Program-made: the position numbers and the translations under genes | Source: Mobula hypostoma | Taxonomy: Eukaryota | Assembly: GCF_963921235.1 (NCBI RefSeq) | Contig: NC_086097.1 | Span: forward strand, 177,632,001-177,696,000 | Length of the DNA stretch: 64,000 nucleotides | Direction of reading: 5' to 3' | The notes under the pieces: generated by a model | Told to the model about the DNA's origin: nothing | Database searches by the model: none | The model's input: only the letters and a program-made list of their open reading frames with translations | Shown here: positions 46,160-58,719 of the stretch, piece after piece | Numbering within the stretch: position 1 is the stretch's first letter | Layout: each line of letters starts with the position of its first letter

Positions 46160-47760
46160 GACATGGAACAATACAGCACAGGGAAAAGCCCTACAGTCCA
46201 CAATGTCTGTACTACTACAAACCATTTTAACCTAATATCATTTGCCTGTGCATGATCCACATCCCTCCCTTCACAGCCTGTTCATCTGTCTAAATGTCTC
46301 TATCATATTTGTTCTATCACTGCCCCAACAGTCTGGTCCAAGTACCTACCATGCTGTCTGTTTTTTTTAGGAAAAGTGAAGAACCTAATATTTTGTCCTA
46401 TTGTTCTCATAAGGAAGTACTGCATGAAATGTGCCCTTCAACAGGTACAGGATCTCCTTTGAACTTTCCTCCTCTCACCTAAAAGTTACAGTATGCCCCC
46501 AGTATTTGACATTCCTACCCTCGGAAAAGTCTCCTACCACCTACCTTGTCTTTGCCTCTGATATACTTCTATCATGTCTCTGCTCAGCCTTTGCTTGAGA
46601 TAAAACAATCCAAGTTTGTTTAAACTCACCTAGTTAATACATTCCAACCCAGGTGAACTACATCTGCACTCCTTCCAAAGCCTCCACATCTTTCCCTTAG
46701 TACAGTGACAAGAACAAACCACTGTCCTCCAAATAACCAAAAAGTTTTATGCAGCTACAACATGATTTCCCAATTATTTTTACCCAGAGGGTGGTTCTTG
46801 AGTATTATATGCAGTTCTGGTCAGCCCATTAAGGGAAGGATGGTGGAGGCTTAAAGGGGGTGCAGAAGAGGTTCACCAGGATGCTGTCTGTATTAGAGGG
46901 TACAAGTTATAAGGACAGGTTAGATAAACCTGGTTTGTTTTCTCTGGAGCATCAGAGGCTCAGTGGAAACCTGATCAAACTTTATAAAATTATGAAAGGC
47001 ATACATAGGGTAGACAGTCAGAAACTCTTTCCCAGGGCAGAAATCTCAAATGCTAGAGGGCATGTACTTAAGGTGAGGGGGAGAGATTAAAGTTCAAGTT
47101 TTTAAATTTTCAAATTTCTAACTTAATGGTGAATTATCTAGAAAGCTTTGCTAAGGGTAGCCCTGATAATGGTGTTTAAGAGCTTTTAGATTGACACATG
47201 CATATATAGGAATGTAACGGTCTGAGTCATATGCAGGCAGAAGACATTCAGTTTAGCATAGGCACTGTGGGCTAAAGAGTCTGTTCCTGTGCTAAATTTC
47301 TTTATTCAATAACAGACTCACAGGGTGCAGTGTCATTTGAACTTTCTATGTTGTCTTTTGTAACTCAAGAGGACATAGAAGCAGAAGCAGCAGCTGGCAA
47401 CTTGGCCCATCGTGCCAGTCCTACCAATCAATGTGATCATGGCTGATCACTTACCTTGGCATCACTTCCCTGTATTAACCACGCATCCCTTGATCACCTT
47501 CATACCTAAAAATCTTACCAATCTCTCTCTTGATTGTATGCAGTGATAGAGCCTCCACAGTCCTCTTGAGGAGGGAATTCAAACGGTTTACCAGTCATTG
47601 GATGAAGAAATTACTTCATCTTAGCCCTAAATGACCAGCCACCGTATTTTGAGTCTGTGTCTTGTGATCTTAGACTAGTGAAATATCATCCCCACATCTG
47701 GTCTGTCAAACCCCAGAAGATATCAGTTGAAATGAGGTCACCTCTCTTTCTATTAAATCC
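46160..47760. mobile_element. Cluster of CR1 fragments in alternating orientation
   Basis: - 46160-46780; + 46795-47310 (QKRFTRML..FSLEHQRLSGNLIKLYKIMKG); - 47370-47760. Confidence 0.8.
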
Positions 47761-50624
47761 TTATTCATTGCTTATCCTTAGACTGTTATCCGTTGCTGCA
47801 TTGTAGAGTGTATGGCCTAGCTACGAGGGCTTTATACTAATCAAGGGACTGATTTGAAATAATACAAATGTTGAACTGTTTTGAAGGAAATTAATAATCG
47901 TGATTCGCTTAGTAACTGGTTTCAGCATTAAGATCACTGATGAATTTAAGGGTCGTGATGTTAGTACTTTGCTTATTTTTAGTTGAAGAGGATGTTTCCA
48001 GGATTGTGGTAACTGGAATATACTGACATGAGGTAAAGATGATGTTCTGGCATGCCAGGACAGATAAAATGTTGAGCTCAGCAGCACAAGACAGTCAGTA
48101 TCTGAATAATCCAGTTAGGAATTTGCCTAAAAACTACTTAGAAATATGGAGTTTGAAGCCGCAGGGAGATGTTGAGGTGAACGTCAGAGATTCGTTTGAG
48201 GAGAAGCTGGAGAAACGTGGGGGACAGAGGTGTTTTGGTGAGATGTGGGAGAGGGCTCATGAGAGGCACAAATTCAGTAGTCTGCTTCTCTGTTGTTTTT
48301 TGTCTATACAGAGAATTTATTACTACCACACAATCACTGCAGGAGCTGTTCAGCCCCTCAAGTCACAGAGCCTGCCAGTTACACACTTACTTTTCCTGTA
48401 ACCCATTTCGCCTAACATTCCCATCCCCTCTCCCTCCGCTCCCACTCACCTACGCCAAAGATTAATCCATAGTGGCCAACAGGAAGAGCATGTAAATGCC
48501 CCACAGAGAGCACTTTGGGTTCCGAATTAACCCAGGCCGGGGGGGCGGTGTGCCACCCTGTCGCGACCCAGGCTGTGTGACACCCTATCAAAGGTGAAGA
48601 AAAGGATTACTTCTCAACTGCGGATAGTCAAGTTTCTGTTGTATGCATGAGTTCAATGAGGTATAGCTACAGTGAGAAGCTGTCTTACACTGGAATCACA
48701 GACACATGATATAGACAACACTACATCAATTATACAGTGCAAGACAGCAAAGAGAAAACACAATCAGAGACAAGTCCACTGTAGTGCAAGATTGGTCGGT
48801 AATGCAAGAGTTGGTCGGTAGTGTTCCATTACTGAGGTAGGTTTAGAGTTGTGCAGGTTGGTTCAATAACCTGATTGTTGTAGGAAGTTTCCTGTTCCTG
48901 AACCTGGTGGTGTGGGACTTGAGGCTTCTGACAGAAGCAATGAGGAGAAGGCATGACCTGGATGGGAGGGGCCCATGCTGATAGATGCAACCTTCTTGAG
49001 GCAGTGCTTTCTGCAGATGCTGTCACTGGTGAGGAGGGCTCTGCCCATGTTGGAGCATGCTGTGTCCATCTACTCTCTACAGCCTCTTGTGTTGGTGCAT
49101 TGGAATTGCCATTCTGGTCAATGATGCATCCAGTCAGGATACTTTCCTATTTGTAAATCTGCCCAAATATCTTTTAAATACAGTAACTGTACCGTCTCTA
49201 CCACTTCCTTTGGCAATTCATTCCATATACCCGCCACCTTCTGTGTGGAAAAACTTGCCCCTTAAACCTTTCCAGTCTCGTCTTAGATCCACGTCTCTTC
49301 CCTGAGAAAAAATAAGTCTGTGACCATGTACAGTATCTATGGCCCTCATGATTTCATAAACCTCAATAAAGTAACTCCTCACCTGCCTACACTGCAGGGA
49401 AAGCCATCCCAGCTTGTCCAGTCCCTCCTTATAACCCAAGCCCTCCAGTCACTGAAGCCCCCTGTAGGTTACTGTAGGTATTGCAAGATATGTAAAGCTG
49501 CATGGTTGAGTATAAAAACTTTGGGTCCCTACTAAGTATAAGGTTTTAAGTGAATATAAAGATCCCTCAAAGTGGAAATATAAAAAGAATAAAGATTGGA
49601 ATTTATAAAATGTCTTTCACACTATTAATGAACATTAAGCAGTTGGGCAAACTTGTATTGTTTTCTCTGAAGTGCTGGAGGCTAAGGAAAGACCCGATGG
49701 AAGTTTATAAAATTATAAGAGGCATAGATAGGGTAGACCGTCAGAATCTTTCTCCAAGGGTAGAAATGTCAAATACTAGAGGACTTGGATTTAATGTGTT
49801 GGATGGGTGGAAGTTTAAAGGAGGCAGATACGATGGTAATGCTTAAGAGACTGTTAGACAGACAGATGAGATGAAGGGAATGGAGGGGTGTGAATTATGT
49901 ACAGGCGGAAGAAATGCCTTTGTTTAATTCAGCATTGTGTTCGGTGCAGAAATTGTGTGCTGAGGGGCCTGTTCCTGTGCTGTGCTGTTTATATTCCACC
50001 AGACTTGGGATGTGGGAGGTTGTGAGAAACCCACACAGTCACAGGAGAATAAGCAAACTTGCCTTTGGCATGGTTGAGTGTGGATCACTGGAACTGTGAA
50101 GTAGCAGCTGGAGTATCTGCACCAACCTACATCATCACTGGAAGTGTTCGGTAACCCCAGATGCAGCTGCTTAATTTGTAATGTGGATTAATTCCCTTAA
50201 TAACCAGCAAGTCCTCTTGAGCCAAATAACTTCTAGGATTTCATACTGAACAAGAGTTGTACTAAGTAGATTGCCATTACCATGGTGAAAGATCTTAAGG
50301 ATCCATCATGTGAGTGAGGTCAGATAGTCACAACCAAGCAACAGAAGTATCTTAAAGGAAATGAGAAGGAGCTGGAGGTGTTTTAGAAAGGAATTGGGGA
50401 TGATTGGGCCTGCGGAGCTGAAGGCAAAGCTTGAGCTGGAGCAATGGAAATTCAGGAGTTGGAGGAGGGGAGTTCTCAGGACATAGTGAAGCGGAATCAG
50501 AATCAGATTTGTTAGCATGGAGTGAAATGTGTTGTTTTGCTGAAGTGCAGTGCAAAGAGTTGAAATAGTGCACAATAAAGAATGGTAGAATGATAGAGAA
50601 CACTATTACAGTATCAGCAATCAC

Positions 50625-50885
50625 CAATCAGGGTTTCATTCCTGTCACTGTCTGGAAGGTGTTTGTAAGTTCTCCATGTGACCCCGCAGGTTTCCTCCAG
50701 GTGCTCTGGTTTCCTCCCATATTCTAAAGAAGTGCAGTTAGATTTGGTGAGTTGTGGGCACGTTGAGTTGGTGCCGGAAATGTGATGAAACTTGTGGGCT
50801 GCTCAGCACAATCCTCACTGACTTGATTTGACACAAATGCATTCTCTGAGTTCTTTGATGTACATGCGACAAATAAAGCTGATCT
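50625..50885 (+). mobile_element. V-SINE (HE1-like)
   Basis: GGTTTCCTCCAGGTGCTCTGGTTTCCTCCCATATTCTAAAG V-domain. Further V-domain copies at ~4668-4770 (+), 45380-45530 (+), 53345-53510 (-), 59595-59810 (-). Confidence 0.78.
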
Positions 50886-50899
50886 TCTTTTCTTGAATA

Positions 50900-51800
50900 A
50901 CAGTGCACTACTCAGAAATAATGGTGATTGGAGGGGAAGAAGTTGTTCCTGAATCATTACGTGTCTTTTATCTCCTGCACCTCCTCCCTGATGGTAGTAA
51001 TGAGAAAAGGGCATGTTCCAGGTGACGAGGGTCCAAAGTGATGGATGACACCTTCTCGAGGCAGCACCTCATTGGTGGGGAGGGTTGTGCTTGTGATGGA
51101 GCTGGGCTGAGTCTACAACCTTCCATGGTCCTGTGCTTTAAAGCCTCCACACCAGGCGGTGATGTAACCAGTCTGAATACACTCCAGTGTATCTCTATAG
51201 AAAGTTACAAAAGTCTTTGGTGAGATACCAAAGCTTCTCAATCTCCTAATGAAATGGAGGTGCTGACATTGCCTTCTTCATGAATACAGTCATGGGTTGG
51301 GCCCAAGATAGATCCTCAGAGATACTGACATCCAGGAACTTGAAGTTGCTCACCTTTTCCACTGCTGATCCCTCATTGAGGACTGGTACATGTTCTCGCA
51401 ACCTCTCCTTCCTGAAGTTCACGGTCAAATCCTTTGTCTTGTTGATGTTGAGTGAGAGATTAGTGTTGCAACACCATTCAATCATCTGATCTATCTCCCT
51501 CCTGTATGTCTCCTTGTCATCAACTGAGATTCTACCAACAAAGGATGGCTTTTGAGTAGTGCTTTTCCACACAGTCATGAGTGTAGAGAGAATAACGTAG
51601 TGGCTAAGCACCTACCTTGAAGTATGTATGCATTGATTATCAGTGAGGAGGAGGTGTCATCGCTGATGTTTACTGACTGTGGTCTCTTGGTGAGGAATTG
51701 AGGATCCAGTTGCAGAAGTAGGTACGGGTTTAGAAGCTTGTTGATTAATACTCAGGATGATGGTGTCAAATGCCAAGCTATAATCAATAAATGGCAGCCT
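50900..51800 (-). mobile_element. Rex1/Babar-like LINE RT fragment
   Basis: ORF 51246-51611 VGRISVDDKETYRREIDQMIEWCCNTNLSLNINKTKDLTVNFRK..VSNFKFLDVSISEDLSW; DPRHLEHALFSLLPSGRR. Confidence 0.78.
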
Positions 51801-53649
51801 GGTGTTTTTTTTTAAAAAAAGATCCTAACATTTGTCACATGTACATTGAAAGAACACAGTCTATACTCTTATCCGTAGATGCTGCCTGGCCTGGCAAATT
51901 CCTGCAGCATTTTGTGTGTTGTTTTAGATTTCCAGCATCTGCAGATTTTCTCGTCTTTGTGATAATTAAACTAATTCAGATTCTGATTCTGACAATTGGC
52001 TTGAACGTTTCTTGAAACTAGCTGGACAGTAGGCCAATATAGGAGGATCTGCTGACCAGCAGTGACCTAAATCCTCCAGGTGAAGGTAATAGCAAGTAGC
52101 TTGGCACCTTCTTGTGTTCTCCCTAACTCTCTGTGCTAACTGAGAACTAGCTGTAAATGTTACATCAATCCTTCTTGAACTATATCCTAGTTAGGTTTTC
52201 TTGTTGATGTCAAATTAACAAGCCATTCGTCTGTCTGGTCTGTATCAATCCCCATCCAGCATATGCTGTTTTACTTTTACTATTGTCACATGTTCTGAGA
52301 TACAGCCTCTGACACCAATGGGATATTAAACTTTGGAGCACCATAAATTGGTAATTGCTTTAGTCCCTAAATTGCCAAGATACAGGAATAGAATTAGGCT
52401 CTGCCATCTTGGCAAATTTTATTCTTTCCAACCCCATTCTCTTGAATTCTCCCCTTACCAGATAATCCCCTTGCCAATCACGAGTCCTTAAGTAGTCTCT
52501 GATGACCTCCACAGTCCTCTGTGGCTACAAATTCCACACTCACCACCTCCTGGTTGAAGAAACTCCTCCTGATCTTAGTTCTAAAGGGGCGTCCCTTTAT
52601 TCTGCAGCTGTGCCCTCAGCTGCTAGACTCTCCACAATGGTAATATCCTCTCCATGTCCATTCCACCCAGGTCTTTCAGTATCCATTTTATTATGTTGCA
52701 TGCGAAAAGCTTTTGCTGACTTGCCATCTGGATTGACCATTCCATACGTACTGTAAATACATTGAGGTAATAAAAGGAAAACAATGCAGAATATAGTGTT
52801 ACAGTTGCAGAGAAAGTGCAGTGCAGGTAGACAATAAGATGCAAGATGATAATGAGGTACAGTAGATTGGGAGATGAAGAATTCATGGTCAGAGTTTGCA
52901 AGGTCCGTTCAAGGGTCTGATAGCAGTGGGACAGAAGCTGTCCTGGAGCTGGATAATGTGTTCTCAGGATATTGTGTCTTTTGCTCGATGGGAAGGGGAG
53001 AAGGAAGGATTGACACGGGAGGGAGCAGTCTTTGATTATGCTGGCTGTTTTCCCAAGGCAGTAAGAAGTATGGACAGATCCAATGGAGAGGAGGCTGGTT
53101 TGTGTGATGCTGTTGTCTCAGTCCTTTATTCCACAGACTCCCTTCAACTTTTCACCTTGATCATTCCATGTGGGGGAAAAAAGCTCCACATTCTGGATAC
53201 CTGTATTGCTTACTTCCTTATGACATTGAAGGAAGGCTTTTGGCCCACTGGACACTCAGAACATCCGCTACCTCATTCGTGTCCCTTTAATCTACTACAC
53301 TCACACCAACCATTCTCCAGTTTCCTGTCCTTCACCTAATCTCCAGGGGCAATTTATAGGACCCAATTAACCTATCAACACACAAGGTTTTGGGATGTGG
53401 GAGAAAACCAGAGCATCCTGGGAAAACCCATGTGATCATTGGGAAAACGTGCAAACTCCACCCAGGGAGCATCCGAGGTCAGGTTTGAACCTGTGCCTTT
53501 GGAGCTCTGAGCCAATGGGATCACAACTTTTCAGGGAAAGAGGTCTCCTCTGATTCCTCTCTTACCTTTGCTGCTTTGAATGTCCTTATGAGGAGCAATC
53601 TTGTAATGAAATTTAAAAGGAAGGGATGATTTGATTTAATTCCAATACT

Positions 53650-54290
53650 GAATCTGAATCCAGTTTCTTACTGACTTCGGTGATGGGAAATTTGTTGTTT
53701 TGCAGCAGCGGTACAGTGCAAAGACATAATATTACTATAAATTCCAAAATAAGTAGTGCAAAAAAAAAAGGAAATGTTTATGGACCATTCAGAAATCTGA
53801 AGGCGGAGGGGAAGAAGCTGTTCTTCTTCTCTGGGGTCTTCAGGCTCCTGTACCTTCTCCCCAACGAGAAGAAGGCATGTTCCAAATGGTAAGGGTCCTG
53901 GTGATGGATGCCACCTTCTTGTCCTCGGTGGTGGGAGGATTGTGCCCCTGGTGGTGGTGGGGGGGGATCGTGCCCACATTGGTGGTGGTTGGATCGTGCC
54001 CACGGTGGTGGTGGGGGGATCGTGCCCTCGGTGGTGGGGGGAGGGCCATGCCCTCGGTGGTGGGAGGATCATGTCCACAATGGAGCTGACCGTGTCTACA
54101 ACACTCTGCAGCCTCTTGCGATCCTGTTATCTGGAGCCTCTGTACCGGCTTGTGATGCAACCAGTCAGAATGCTCTTCGCTGCACGTCTAGAGAAACTTC
54201 GTTGAAATACTGAATCTTCCCTCACTCCTAGTGAAGCAAAGCTGCCAGTGTGACTTCCTCGTGACTGCATTGATATGCTGAGTATCACTG
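53650..54290 (-). mobile_element. Rex1/Babar-like 3' end containing a G-rich minisatellite
   Basis: Minus strand ESILTGCITSRYRGSR*QDRKRLQSVV, KKVASITRTLTI; 3'UTR with TTGCACTGTACCGCTGCTGCAAAACAACAAATTTC. Confidence 0.7.
53921..54075. repeat. G-rich minisatellite, ~25-bp unit x6
   Basis: Units of CC(T/A)CGGTGGTGG(G)nGATCGTGC type. Confidence 0.9.
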
Positions 54291-55229
54291 GCAGCTATAA
54301 GTGTGCAGTTTTCTCACTTGCTAACATCACAGTCTTATGCAGCCTAATTAGTGTTGAGTCATACTTAAGATCAGTTACTGGAGATATATTTTGATATGGG
54401 ATTACGTTCCCATCTGTGATTTTCTTCTTCACCTTGCTAATTGTTCAGTTCCCTAACACTGGAAAATTCTGCCTCATTGAGGCAGCAATATTTCCAGCTT
54501 GTCGACCTCTACTCAATGTTGTACTTAAAGTAATATATCTCAAATCATTCTGGCAGATGCCATCGTCAAACAAAACTGACGTTCAGCCACAATATCTGCT
54601 CTGAGATGAGGAACCAAACCTTGAGCAGGGGGTGGTCGTCAAGGAGAGGCAGAGAATTACAGGGGAGACTTCCAGAGCTCGAGGCCCCGTGCAGCTGGAG
54701 GTACAGCTGCTAATGCAGGAATGTTGGAACTGGAGCAGCACAAAGATCCTGAGTGACTGCAGGGTGGGAGAGACCAACACTGCATGATGTTCAAAGAATG
54801 ACTCAATTTGTAATCCAAGCTGAACCCATTGTCATTGGCACAAGTCTGGTGAAGTACAGGTACAATGGAGAACTTGCCTGTAGCAGCAATATGAACACAG
54901 ACAACATGCAGAACATAACTTGTACAATTATCCCATACTGTGAGCAGGGGGGCGGGGGGTGGAATACACTTGTTCAATAGCAAGACTTTAGTTCAGAAAA
55001 GAAGACTCAATTGAATACAAGTGGAAGAAGTGGTCTGTATTGTTCTGTTGTTGAGCGAACGTTTGGGTTGTGCAGGGAGGTTCAAGCACCTGATGGTTGT
55101 GGGAAAGTAGTTGTTTCTGAACCTCATGCTGTAGAGCTTCAGGCCTTCTGCCTGACAGTAGCAAAGAGAAAAGGATATAAGCAGAGCATTATGTTCCCGG
55201 ATGTAAACGTCACTAATCGGCGTCAAACC

Positions 55230-55800
55230 ACAGAGCTTCATGGCTAAGAAAGCACACCAGCATCTCTATTGCCTCAGGATGCTTGAGCAATTTGGCATGA
55301 CCCCTCCGACTCCCACCAATTTTTAACGATGCACATTGAGAGCATCCTAACTGCCTGCATCATAGCTTGGTATGCAGCTGCTCTGCCTGTGACCAAAAGA
55401 AACTACAGTGAGTTGTCGAGTTCAATAGATCATGGAACCCAACCTCCATTCTGTCTGCACTTCCCACTGGCTCAGCAAAGCAAGTGAAATAACCCTACCC
55501 ATCCCAGACGTTCTCTGTCTTCCTCCCCCCACTACCACCAGGCAGAAGGACAGCTTCTATCCTGCTGCTATAAGACTACTGTATGGTCCCCTTGTACGAT
55601 GAGGTAGACTCCTGATCGTACACATTCTTGTCTCCCTGCACTGCACTTTCTGTAACTGTAACACTTTATTCTGCACTTTGTCATTGGTTCCCTTGTACTA
55701 CCTCAGTGTATTGATCTGTACTGATGAAGTGATCTGTTTTGATGGCATGCAAAACAAAGTTTTTTCACTTTACCTTGGTACACACAACAATACTAAATAA
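55230..55800 (+). mobile_element. Rex1/Babar-like 3' end
   Basis: KKAHQHLYCLRML..NF*RCTLRAS; 3'UTR homologous to 25560-25790. Confidence 0.7.
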
Positions 55801-57214
55801 TAAAAAAATGGTAACTCATTGAAGGAGGATACATTGTGACAGTCTGACCAAACAGACTTTTATTCCTGTGTCCGTGGACCCAGTGAATTTCCAGATTCTG
55901 TGCTATAACATAGCAACAACGCTACCATTCTTCTTGTGAAATGGCGCTGAAAGGTATTGGTGAGGTACACTGGAGGGACCTGTGGGATGGGGACAGTATT
56001 GTCGATGTTTCAGGATTGGGGGGGGAGCGTGGGCGTGGGATGATGAATTCCAGATAAGGAAAGCACCAGCTGACATTGCCTCCATAGTGCCTTGAACACT
56101 GCCAACTATGGACACAGAGGTACTGTTTATTTTCAAGACATTACCTTTCCTATTTACATGTTGAGGCATGCTGAAATGTTTAGCGAACCAGTTGAACATC
56201 TGCGAAGCATTTGCATTATTCTAGAAGCAAGCATGCCTCCTGAATATGCCGTCCAGATGATCAGATTAAAAACACATATTGAAAAGGAGAAAACAGCGTG
56301 CCACGCATTCAGGGTGACGTCCGACAGTAATCCATACCTTTTTCTTTACACATGCGAGTCTGAAGAAGAAAATTAAAATGGAAAAGAAATTAACTCTTAA
56401 CATAGTGGGTAATAATATAGCTCCTGGCTGCTTTTAGATAAAGCATCAGCATTGATATTGTATGGTATTGAAGTTTCCAGTAATGTGATCCTTGAATTTA
56501 AATGAATATATATGCAATTTGGAGATTCAATTCGGCCTTTCAATTTTGCTTCCCAATTCGGTAAGATTGTGGACGATCTGATTGAAAGTGTCTTATGATT
56601 GTTACGTGCTGTGATATAGTTTTAAAAATACTTTTGTCTGCATGCCATCCAGACAGATCATTCCATACGTAAGAGGATTGAGATAGTAAAGGAAAACGAT
56701 GCAGAATATGGTGTTACTGTCACAAGGTGCAGTGCAGATAGATTGTATCTCATCTGTAGGAAAACAATGCAGAATATGGTGTTACTGTCACAGAGACCAG
56801 TGCAAGTAAGATTGTATCTCATCTCTGCATTCCTATTGATTGATCCTGGTAATCTTTCATCCACTTGCTTATCTACAATCCAACTATCCCTGCCTTAAAA
56901 ATATTCAACCAGCTTCCACACTCCACTGAGGAGGAGAACTGGGGACTGGAACCTTGTCAGATACAGGCTCTGAGATCAGTTTATCATCACGCACCAGGGT
57001 GCAGCGAAATTCCTTGCTCACATGAAACTCACAGAGTGAACAGTGTACATGAAAACAACAATAAATCTACCAATAAATACAGCGACAAGTACAAAAACAC
57101 AAATTGAAGTAGTGTGAAAAGAAATGCTAAAATAACAATGTAAGAGGTAGAATGAAAGGTTTGAGAATATGGCTAGAACGCTGGATTGAGTTGAAGTGAT
57201 CTGAAGATCAATAA

Positions 57215-57510
57215 CTCAGTCTTCCTTTGCTTTTGTCAGTGTAAAGGAGGCCACATTGTGAGAACCAAATGCAGTGTGCTAAACTGAGGTGCAAGTGAGC
57301 CGTTGTTTCGGTTGGAAGGCCTATGTAGGTGACTGCATGGTAGGGAGGGAAGATGGAAAATAGAAGAAGTCACGTCTCTTGCCACTGATTGTCAATGTCC
57401 TTTGACCTTGGCTGATTCGGAAGGTGCCCTGAGGGGTGCAGTAGGGTAGAGATGATAAAGCAAACCAGGAAGGGAGTAGACCATTCAGAATGCCAATTAG
57501 AGAGGAGAGT
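57215..57510 (-). mobile_element. Old Penelope-like GIY-YIG fragment
   Basis: CAGTGTAAAGGAGGCCACATTGTGAGAACCAAATGCAGT..GTGCAAGTGAGCCGTTGTTTCGGTTGGAAGG resembles 35905-36005. Confidence 0.55.
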
Positions 57511-58339
57511 GAGATTCATTCAGTACAGAAACGGGCCCTTCAGCCCAACAAGAGCAGGAATCCAGAAATTAGAGCAGTCACAGTTAAAGGCTCTGTCAAC
57601 TATAGCTGAGGGGAAACCTCAATGAAATATTCTGAATTTCTTCATGCTTATGGACAGAAATGTCAGCAGTTCCCTGTGGAACCACTGGCATTTCTCCGGA
57701 AAATCGTGAATATTACCTGGTCACTGCCTGATTGGTGTTTGTGAGACCTAATCGGCCACTGGTGTTTTCAAAATGACAGTGCCGATCCAACTTTGGATGT
57801 GCTTTGGAACTTCTATTGTCACAAAATGTGCTGCAAAAATGCATGATTTTACGTCATTATTTTAGCCAAAAATTGTACATTGGTGCAGTATAGCATACCG
57901 ACAATTCCCACAAGCATAGCAATATCCAGAGGTAGATAAAACTAGAGGATACAGAATAAGAGGAAAGAGATTTTAAGGTGACTTTTTTTCACCCTGAGAG
58001 GTGAGTAACTGAAATACACCGGCTGAGAGGGGGATGGAAGCAGAGTCACTGACACTGATTAAGTGTCTAGATGGGCACTTAAATCATCTAGACATAGAAG
58101 GTGACTGAAGAGGCATCAATCCAAGGGTTGGCCACAGTAGCATAAATTACATGGCAGCTTATCATATAGTGGGAGCTTGCTGTGTTCAAATGAGTCACCA
58201 AGTAAACTACAATACTATCTTGTAATTAATTGTTATGGAACCCAGTGAGATACCCAGGCTAATTGTTTTGCTTCTTAACATGCTTCCAAACCTTTGCATG
58301 CTGTGTTTGGTTAGTAAGCTTTGTGTCCTGTGTTACCAG

Positions 58340-58382
58340 AACTCACCCAGAGAGGGGAATGAGAGACTGAAGATGAGGTGCC
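58340..58382 (+). other. CHST9: 5'UTR part of the CHST9 first coding exon
   Basis: Lies between acceptor AG 58338-58339 and ATG 58383; an alternative AG exists at 58349-58350. Confidence 0.6.
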
Positions 58383-58527
58383 ATGATGCGAAGAAGACGA
58401 TGCTACACTAAGGACTTGGCTAAAGACATGAAACTGAGACATATCTTCCTGTCTGTCCTGTTTTTTGGATGCGTGGGTCTGCTATTCTTCGTGTACCTTC
58501 AAGCACAGATTGAAGAGCAGTCTCCAG
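58383..58527 (+). CDS. CHST9: First coding exon of carbohydrate sulfotransferase 9 (GalNAc-4-ST2): cytoplasmic tail and signal-anchor of a type II Golgi protein; gene continues beyond this exon
   Basis: Hand translation from ATG 58383 (context gccATG; in-frame stops upstream at 58368 and 58374): MMRRRRCYTKDLAKDMKLRHIFLSVLFFGCVGLLFFVYLQAQIEEQSP(G). Matches my recollection of the human CHST9 N-terminus ([30 protein letters not shown]). Ends at phase-1 donor CAG|GTTAGT (58528); upstream acceptor tgtcctgtgttaccAG (58338-58339). Confidence 0.88.
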
Positions 58528-58719
58528 GTTAGTCACTGGGGTTTGCTTGCAAGAAACTGGGCTATAATTTCAAGCTAGCTGCATTGAGTCGGACCACACA
58601 GAAACAGATCTTATGGTCCACCCAGTCCATGCCTAACATCTCACATGCATGGATCTTAGAATGGCTGGCAATGGAGTTAACTGCTTCATGTTCATCAATG
58701 TTTTAAAGATCAGCAAATG

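Noticed and set aside
58383..58527. Assignment to CHST8
   Set aside because: FLSVL-x-FG and YLQ-xx-IEEQ match my recollection of CHST9 rather than CHST8 (MFSSILLFG..SLQDP); a CHST9-like paralogue cannot be excluded without BLAST or synteny.
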